A stretch of DNA of 64,000 nucleotides. Origin: Basidiobolus meristosporus CBS 931.73. Its lineage: Eukaryota > Fungi > Basidiobolomycota. Positions within the stretch are counted from its first letter, which is position 1, and each line of letters opens with the position of its first letter. Of the stretch, positions 53,831 through 62,578 are shown piece after piece. Below the pieces are notes generated by a model. It was not told the origin of the DNA. It did no database searches and worked only from the letters and a program-made list of their open reading frames with translations. Where the stretch lies: the NCBI GenBank assembly GCA_002104905.1, contig MCFE01000298.1, positions 37,190 through 101,189 on the forward strand, read 5' to 3'. Made by a program: the position numbers and the translations under genes.

Positions 53831-56800
53831 TGTTGTAAGAGTCTTGAAGATATTGGAAGTGATTTAGGAGGACAAGTAGATTATGTGGTTTTCACTTAAT
53901 GATTTATTGAATGTAAAAGTAGCATTTATACTTTTGCATGATCTTGGCATTACAAACACGTAGAATAGGTTAAGGAAGGTCCCAAGAGCATGTGTGCAAA
54001 GTTTGGGGCTGTTTGGATAACTTTGAGAATTTTCATGTTCTGGGTACCTGGCATTTTGGTGAAAATATTCTAAGTAAGTCCCGACAAGGAATTTGGTCAG
54101 TATTCTCTAGGGTTTGAAGGTAATGATCTAAGTGACTAAGTTAGGTAAGTATTTAGGTGAAAATACAAATTTTTACAACACTCCCACTCAGCTAAATGTT
54201 CATACTGACTAGTCCTAATTTTGACCTAAAATATTCAAACTTGTCTCTAGCTAATGGTTTGGTAAATATGTCTGCAATCATTTCATCTGTAGGACAGTAA
54301 ACCAAGCTAACTAAGTTATTCTCTATAGCTTCACGTATGAAATGATGTCTAATATCTATTTGCTTAGTTCTAGCATGAAAAGTTGGATTTCTACCTAATT
54401 GTATACACCTTTGATTATCTTGAAATAAAGTAATAGGTGTTTTTTGACATAGGCCTAAATCTGTAAAAAGCTTTCTTAACCACATTGCTTCTTTTGTAGC
54501 TTCACAGGCTGCCATATACTCTGCCTCTGTGGTGGAAAGTGCTATGGTTGGTGCCTTCTTGAATTCCATGAAATTGCTCCTTTACAGTGAAGAAAGGTGT
54601 ATCCTGTGGTGGATCTTCTCTCTTCCAAATTTTGTCCCCAATCAGCATCAGAGTATCCCACAAGATCCTGCTCTGAATCCTTATAAGTGTATCTTAAGCA
54701 GATATCAGCAGTTCCTTTTAGGTATCTCAAAATCCGCTGAAATGCTGCAATATGATCAGATCCATAGTTCTGATTATGTTGGCTGACAACTCCCACTGAA
54801 TATGAGATATCTGGACATGTTCCAAGCATGATATACATAAGACTGCCGACCATAGATTGATAAGGAAAGTCAGGGCTTTCAGATGGCACCAAGCTCTCTT
54901 GATTTGGTTGAGTTTTGACCAAGTTAAGGTTTGTCTCCATTGGGATAGCTGCTGGTTTAAAGTCTTCCATTTGGTATTTCTTTAGTATATCTTGAATATA
55001 CTTGGACTGACTTGGGGTGAGAGTCTGGGTACTTCTGTCTATGGAGAACTTAATCCTTAAGTAGTAACTAAGTTCTCCTGGATCAGACATCTTGAACTCC
55101 TTAGATAGGCTGGATTTAGTCACTTCCAATGTTTCTAGGTTATTGGCGGCTATAATAAGATCATCCACATATAGAGCTAATAGAACTGGATTTGCTCTAT
55201 CTGGCTTATAGTATATACTATAGTCAGCATTACTTCTTTTGAAACTCATAGATTCCAAATAAGAATCTATCTTGCAATTCCAGGCTCTTGGTGATTGTTT
55301 GAGACCATATAGTGACTTTTTAAGCTTGTAGACCAAATGGGGGTTATCTTGGTCAACAAACCCATCAGGCTGGTCCATATACATGTCCTCATCAAGTTCT
55401 CCATTCAAAAATGCAGTTTTTACATCCATTTGATGAATAAAAAACTTATATTTTGCTGCAATAGCCAATATTAATCTGATGGAATTAAACTTGGCTACCG
55501 GTGCAAAGGTCTTAGTATAGTCAAGTCCTTTTGTTTGAGAGTATCCTTTGGATACAAGTCTTGCTTTGTATCTTTCAATTGTGCCATTAGCCTTGTATTT
55601 TGTCTTGAAGACCCATCTGCATCCAATTGATTTTTGGTTGATTGGTAATTTGACTAAGTCCCAAGTTTGATTTTCCATCTAAGCCTGATATTCCTCAGTT
55701 ATTGCAGATCTCCAAAACTTTGTCTGAAGGCTATTTAGGGCCTCTTTTACAGTCTGGGGTTCATCAATATAGGCTGAATAGGCATAGGCTAAGTTTGTAC
55801 CCTCATTAATATAGTAATTTGTGCTATTTCTTGTCCAATTGGGTCTCCAGGCATTTGATACTGGAATGATCACTTCTGGGATATTCCTGGGCACTGATAC
55901 TGACCAAACCACAGTTATAGAGTCCTCTGGAGTGAAAAAATTTTCATTGTTTTGCTCTGATTCAATCCTGACAATTGGTGGACTGGAGATCAAATTTTTG
56001 TCATTATCTGATGTCATTTTTTGTGAAAATTTTGAATTTTCATCAAACAACACATCCCTGGACTTGATCAGCTTTGATGCTTTAGTATTGTAGAGTCTGT
56101 ATGCCTTACTCTCATTGCAGTAGCCCAAAAATATGCACTTTACACTGTTTGGCTCAAATTTTGACTGATTTCTGGCCAGTTTTTTGGCATATGCTGTACA
56201 CCCAAATATTATTAGATGTTCTGCACTTGGTCTGTATCTATACCATGCTTCAAATGGAGTAGAATCACAAAGTATTCTGTTATAACTCCTATTTTTAAGA
56301 TATACAGCAGTGGCAACTGATTCTGCCCAAAAATCATAGGATAATTTTTGATCATGGATTGTAGATCTTGCCATATCAATTATTGATTTGTTAGCTTGTT
56401 CTGCTCCTCCATTTTGCTGTGGGGAGTATGGTACAGTAGTCTCTTGCTTTATCCCATGAATTTTGCAGAAGTGGATGAAGAGTTTTGAGGTATATTCTCC
56501 ACCATTGTCAGAGCGTATTTTCTTGATTTTTTCACCAGTTTCTCTCTCCACCATGGCTTTAAACTCCCTGAGCTTAGACAGAGCTTCTTCCTTTCTCTCC
56601 ATGAAGTAGACCCATGTGTATCTTGTATAATCATCAATAAAAGTGATTAAATACTGCATCCCACCTAAGGATAAATTTTTCATAGGTCCACACAGATCTG
56701 AGTGAATTGGATCTAATTTTTTCTTAGTTTTGATTAACCCAGTGCTCTTGAACGGTTGTTTGGCTTGTTTCCTATATATGCAGGCTTCACAGTGCTCCAA

Positions 56801-58081
56801 ATTAGCTGGGGGATCAATCTTCACTCCAGAAATTAGCTGATCTTTGATCATTTTACGCAAATAATCAAAATTGAAGTGTCCAAATCTCCTGTGCCAAAGC
56901 ATTGGTGTTTCTTCATTTAAGTTACTTATATTGGCTTCCAAATATGATGGAATATAAGTCAGCTTGTATAGATTCTGATCTCTGATGCCCAAAGCAATAT
57001 GGGCACCATTTTGATCAGTGATCCTGCATCCAGAATTGTCAAATCTGAAACTGAGTCCTTCTGATGTGACCTTGCTTACAGAGAGTAGGTTCTTGGCTAT
57101 TTCTGGTACATAGAGTACTTCTTTAACAGTCAGTGTATGGCTTCCTTCACTACTCCTAAGGTTTACTTGGATAGTTCCTTCTCCCACTGCATCAAGTGTT
57201 CTATTGTCAACCATGAAAACCTTCTTAATTGGAATTTCTTGATATTGGGTAAAAAGTTCTTTTTGGTGTGTAAAGTGTTGAGAAGCTCCAGAGTCAATAT
57301 ACCACATCTAAGAATCCTTGTTTGTGGTCATATTTAGTGCAGATATTAATAGTCTATCTTCAGTTGTTGCAGCATATCCATATTCCAGCTTCATTTGCTG
57401 ATAATCTCTCTTATTGAGACACCAGTCTGATGTGTGTCCTTTCCTTTTGCAGTAGTTGCAAATTAGGTTGCTGTTGCCTTTGTAGGGTCTTGGGTTTCCT
57501 CCATTGTTGGCTATCATTGCTTATTAAAGCAATTTCTTCTTTCTTCTTATTGGCACTTGATTTTCTAAATTCTTCATCCAGGAGCCTTCCATATACGTAA
57601 TTTAAGGTCAAATCTTCAGTTCTGGACTCTAGGGCTGATACAAGGCCCTGAAACTTGTCTGTCAGGCTATTCAGGATGGTAACTATCACATCCTCATCAG
57701 TAGTTGGTATGCCCACAGATTCCATCTCATCTACCAGCAGGGTAATTCTGATAATTAGATTTTTCATTTCTTCTCCTGGCAGCATTTTTGTAGTAAAGAA
57801 TTTTTGTCTCAGACACATTTTCTTGACAGCTGAACATGACTGGTAGGTGTCTTCTAATGCTTTCCAGGCATTCTTTGCTGTTTTTGCTCTTGAGCCTTGA
57901 ATTAGCAATTTGTCCTTGACATTAAGGCAAATGCGGTTAAAGGCACTTTGTTCTTTCTTCTAGTACTTTAAGGCTTCCTCTCCCACGTTTTTAGCAGGGC
58001 ATTCTTCTCCCATGACAATATCCCAAAGGTCTTTTTCTTGTAGCAGCATCTTCATCTGCACCTTCCACACTTGGTAGTTAG
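53831..58081 (-). mobile_element. Near-complete Copia element lacking 5' LTR/PBS (3' LTR 53831-54180)
   Basis: Gag, protease 'WYIDSGAS', integrase, RT 'YVDDL' and RNase H, with a few in-frame stops and frameshifts. Gag is cut at the 'SNYQV' coding sequence by the next element's LTR. Confidence 0.92.
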
Positions 58082-60376
58082 TGTTGTCAGAGTCTTGGAG
58101 ATATTGGAAGTGATTGGGAGAATAAGTAGATTATGTGGTTTTCACTTAATGATTTATTGAATGTAAAAGTAGTATTTATACTTTTACCTGGTCTTGGCAT
58201 TACAAACACATAGAATAGGCTAAGGAAGGTCCCAAGAGCATGTGTGCAAAGTTTGGGGCTGTTTGGACAACTTTGAGAATTTTCATGTTCTGGGTACCTG
58301 GCATTTTGGTGAAAATATTTGAAGTAAATCCCAACAAGGAATTTGGTCAGTATTCTCTAGGATTTGAAGGTGATGATCTAAGTGACTAAGTTAGGTGAAT
58401 ATTTAGGTGGAAATACAAATTTTTACAACACTCCCACTCAGCTAAATGCTCATACTGACTAGTCCTAATTTTGACCTAAGATATTCAAACTTGTCTCTGG
58501 CTAATGGTTTAGTAAATATGTCTGCAATCATTTCATCTGTAGGACAGTAAACTAAGCTAACTAAGTTATTCTCTATAGCTTCACATATGAAATGATGTCT
58601 AATATTGATGTGCTTGGTTCTAGCATGAAAAGTTGGATTTCTACCTAATTGTATACACCTTTGATTATCTTGAAATAAAGTAATAGGCATTTTTTGACAA
58701 AGGCCTAAATCTGTAAATAGCTTTCTTAACCACATTGCTTCTTTTGTAGCCTCACAGGCTGCCATATACTCTGCCTCTGTAGTAGAAAGTGCTACGGTTG
58801 GTTGCTTTCTTGAATTCCATGAAATTGCTCCTTTACAGTAAAGAAAGGTGTAACCTGTGGTGGATCTTCTCTCTTCCAAATTTTGTCCCCAATCAGCATC
58901 AGAGTATCCCACAAGATCCTGCTTTGAATCCTTATCAGTGTATCTTAAGCAGATATCAGCAGTTCCTTTTAGGTATCTAAAAATCCGCTTAACTGCTGCA
59001 ATATGATCAGATCCATAATTCTGATTATGTTGGCTGACAACTCCCACTGAATATGAGATATCTGGACGTGTTCCAAGCATGATATACATCAGACTGCCAA
59101 CCATAGATTGATAAGGAAAGTCAGGGCTTTCAGATGGCACCAAGCTCTCTTGATTTGGTTGAGTTTTGACCAAGTTAAGGTTTGTCTCCATTGAGGTGGC
59201 TGCTGGTTTACAGTCTTCTATTTGGTACTTCTTGAGTATATCTTGGATATACTTGGATTGGCTTAGGGTAATAGTGTGGGTACTTCTGTCTATGGAGAAC
59301 TTAATCCCTAAGTAGTAACTAAGCTCTCCTAGATCAGACATCTTGAACTCCTTAGATAGGCTGGATTCAGTCTCTTCCAATGTTTCTAGGTTATTGGCGG
59401 CTATAATAAGATCATCCACATATAGAGCTAATAGAACTGGATTTGCTCTATCTGGCTTATAGTATATACTATAGTCAGCATTACTTCTTTTGAAACTCAT
59501 AGATTCCAAATAAGAATCTATCTTGCAATTCCAGGCTCTTGGTGATTGTTTGAGACCATATAGTGACTTTTTAAGCTTGCAGACCAAATGGGAGTTATTT
59601 TGGTCAACAAACCCATCAGGCTGGTCCATATACATGTCCTCATCAAGTTCTCCATTCAAAAATGCAGTTTTTACATCCATTTGATGAATAAAAAACTTAT
59701 ATTTTGCTGCAATAGCCAATATTAATCTGATGGAATTAAACTTGGCTACCGGTGCAAAGGTCTCAGTATAGTCAAGTCCTTTTGTTTGAGAGTATCTTTT
59801 GGCTACAATTCTTGCTTTGTATCTTCCAATTGTACCATCAGCCTTGTATTTTGTCTTGAAGACCCATCTGCATCCAATTGATTTTTGGTTGATTGGTAAT
59901 TTGACTAAGTCCCAAGTTTGATTTTCCATCAGGGCCTGATATTCCTCAGTCATTGCAGATCTCCAAAGCTTTGTCTGAGGGCTATTTAGGGCCTCTTTTA
60001 CAGTCTGGGGTTCATCAATATGGACTGAATAGGCATAGGCTAAGTTTGTACCCTCATTAATATAGTAATTTGGGCTATTTCTTGTCCAATTGGATCTCCG
60101 GGCATTTGATACTGGAATGATCACTTCTGGGATATTCCTGGGCACTGATTCTGGCTGAACAACGGTTGTAGAGTCCTCTGGAGTGAAAAAATTTTCATTG
60201 TTTTGCTCTGATTCAATCCTGACAATTGGTGGACTTGAGATCAAATTTTTGTCATCATCTGATGTCATTTTTTGTAAAAATTTTGAATTTTCATCAAACA
60301 ACACATCCTTGGACTTGATAAGCTTCTTTGCTTTGGTATTGTAGAGTCTGTATGCCTTACTCTCATTGCAGTAGCC
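58082..60376 (-). mobile_element. Copia element, 3' half (3' LTR 58082-58430; open RT-RNase H ORF 58442-60304), broken in the integrase
   Basis: The 620-aa ORF has intact RT and RNase H motifs. Homology with the neighbouring copy (56120 'cattgcagtagcccaaaa') ends at 'cattgcagtagcc', followed by TTAGGG. Confidence 0.93.
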
Positions 60377-60694
60377 TTAGGGTTAGGGGGGGATGATCAT
60401 CACCAAATGGTGAAATCTTTATTTAAATAATAAATAAAGAAGCCAAGTTTGAATATGAATATCTGAGATGCAGGAAGCCTATAAGATAAAATTGGACTTT
60501 GCTGTATCCCAAATATCCTCAATATCAAAGTCTAGAGGAGAGTGCAGAAAGACTGCTTGTTCACTGTAGTATTTCTTGAGGAAGTTTGTGACTTGAAGGG
60601 AAGGAGAGTTTTTCAACAAGCTGGTAAATCTTTTGAGGAGTTCTTTTTCCAGAGAGAATGGCACAAAGAGTGGAATGTCCAAATGATGTCTGGG
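60377..60694 (-). mobile_element. 5'-truncated LINE 3' end, subfamily A
   Basis: Encodes a C-terminus 'FSLEKELLKRFTSLLKNSPSLQVTNFLKKYY...LHSPLDF...IWDTAKSNFIL*', followed by the shared tail. Confidence 0.75.
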
Positions 60695-60714
60695 TAGGGT
60701 TAGGGGAGGGAAAG

Positions 60715-61113
60715 TTAGGGTTAGGGGAGGGAAAGTCACCAAGGTAGGTGAAATCTTTATTTGATTTCAGACAAGTCTAACTACATATAAAGAAGCCAGC
60801 TGGGAATAAAAGATTCCCAAAGTAAACACTAAGTTGAATATGAATAAATCTAAGCTATAGTTAAGGCAGTATCCCAGAGTACACTGGAGTTCAGGTTCAT
60901 GGGGGAGTGAAGTAGATAAGCTTGAGAGATATAATAATCTTTAAGGAAGTGGGTAACAGCAGGTGAAGGGGAGTTTTTGATAAGTGAAGTGAATCTTGAG
61001 AGCAGAGATTCCTCTAATGAGAAGGTCTTGTAAACTGGAGAATCAGGAAACTCTTTAAAGGCATGGTCAGTAGGTTCCCAGTAAAGCTGGTCTGAGACAT
61101 TTTGAGAGAACTC
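60715..61113 (-). mobile_element. 5'-truncated LINE 3' end, subfamily B
   Basis: My translation gives 'FSLEESLLSRFTSLIKNSPSPAVTHFLKDYY...LLHSPMNL...LWDTALTIA*', homologous to subfamily A. Confidence 0.75.
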
Positions 61114-61646
61114 TTAGGGTTAGGGGGGAGGAAAGTCACCAAGTGGCAAAATCTTTATTTACTTATGACAAGTATCTAAAGAAGCCAAGTTAATCTGAAG
61201 TAATTCCTAGAAAGCTAGGTCTGAGAGATATCTTCCTGGTAAGCCAGGTCCGAGAGTTGAGAAGCTGAGTGGTACTATATTTCCTAGTTAGCTAGGTCTG
61301 AGAGAGGTTTCCTGGAAAGCCAGGCCTGAGAAGTGAGAATCTGAATATATCTGAGCTAAGTTATACTGGTTTTGCGGTAGCTGAATTGTGGCCGGAATGG
61401 CCAGTAGACTAGGGGAACTGAGATGAATTTCTGGGCAATCACTGGCCAAATTTACTAGGCAAATCTGACCAATTAGCATTTCAAGGATTTCAGCCAATCA
61501 GAGCCTTTACTTTGCCCGATGGTTGATCAAGCCATCTCCCAATGAGCACACATCAATTTATTGATCAAATTTTGCTGGATCCAGGATTTGAACCCACAAC
61601 CATGGGTATGGAAGGGTTAGGGATAACCACAAGGCTAAGTGTTCTT
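61114..61646 (-). mobile_element. tRNA-derived SINE, full-length copy 1 (~530 bp)
   Basis: The 5' head has an A-box TAGCCTTGTGG and a B-box GGTTCAAATCC at tRNA spacing. The body is non-coding and the 3' tail is shared with the LINEs. Confidence 0.8.
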
Positions 61647-61691
61647 GGTTAGGGGGGAGGAAAGTCACCAAGTGGTGAAATCTTTATTTAC

Positions 61692-62218
61692 TTAGGGGGG
61701 GAGGAAAGTCACCAAGTGGTGAAATCTTTATTTACTTATGACAAGTATCTAAAGAAGCCAAGTTAATCTGAAGTTATTCCTAGAAAGCTAGGTCTGAGAG
61801 ATATCTTCCTGGTAAGCCAGGTCTGAGAGTTGAGAAGCTGAGTGGTACTATATTTCCTAGTTAGCTAGGTCTGAGAGTGGTTTCCTGGAAAGCCAGGCCT
61901 GAGAAATGAGAATCTGAATATATCTGAGCTAAGTTATACTGGTTTGCGGTAGCTGAATTGTGGCCGGAATGGCCAGTAGACTGGGGGAACTGAGATGTAT
62001 TTCTGGGTGATCACTGGCCAAATTTACTAGGCAAATCTGGCCAATTAGCATTTCAAGGATTTCAGCCAATCACAGCCTTTACTTTGCCCAATGGTTGATC
62101 AAGCCATCTCCCAATGAGCACACATCAATTTATTAATCAAATTTTGCTGGATCCAGGATTTGAACCCACAACCATGGGTATGGAAGGGTTAGGGATAACC
62201 ACAAGGCTAAGTGTTCTT
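61692..62218 (-). mobile_element. tRNA-derived SINE, full-length copy 2
   Basis: Near-identical to copy 1, with the same 5' start (AAGAACACTTAGCC). A third, 5'-truncated copy is at 62263-62511, and 45-bp tail-only units are at 61647-61691 and 62219-62262. Confidence 0.8.
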
Positions 62219-62578
62219 GGTTAGGGGGAGGAAAGTCACCAAGTGGTGAAATCTTTATTTACTTAGGGGGGGAGGAAAGTCACCAAGTGGTGAAATCTTT
62301 ATTTACTTATGACAAGTATCTAAAGAAGCCAAGTTAATCTGAAGTAATTCCTAGAAAGCTAGGTCTGAGAGATATCTTCCTGGTATGCCAGGTCTGAGAG
62401 TTGAGAAGCTGAGTGGTACTATATTTCCTAGTTAGCTAGGTCTGAGAGAGGTATCCTGGAAAGCCAGGCCTGAGAAGTGAGAATCTGAATATATCTGAGC
62501 TAAGTTATCATGGTTAGGGGGGGGAGACAGTCACCAACAGGTGAAATCTTTATTTCAGTTGAAACAAAGAAGCCAGCG

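Noticed and set aside
61560-61646. Functional tRNA gene
   Set aside because: The acceptor and anticodon stems do not pair convincingly, and the sequence is fused to a retroelement tail. Treated as a SINE head.
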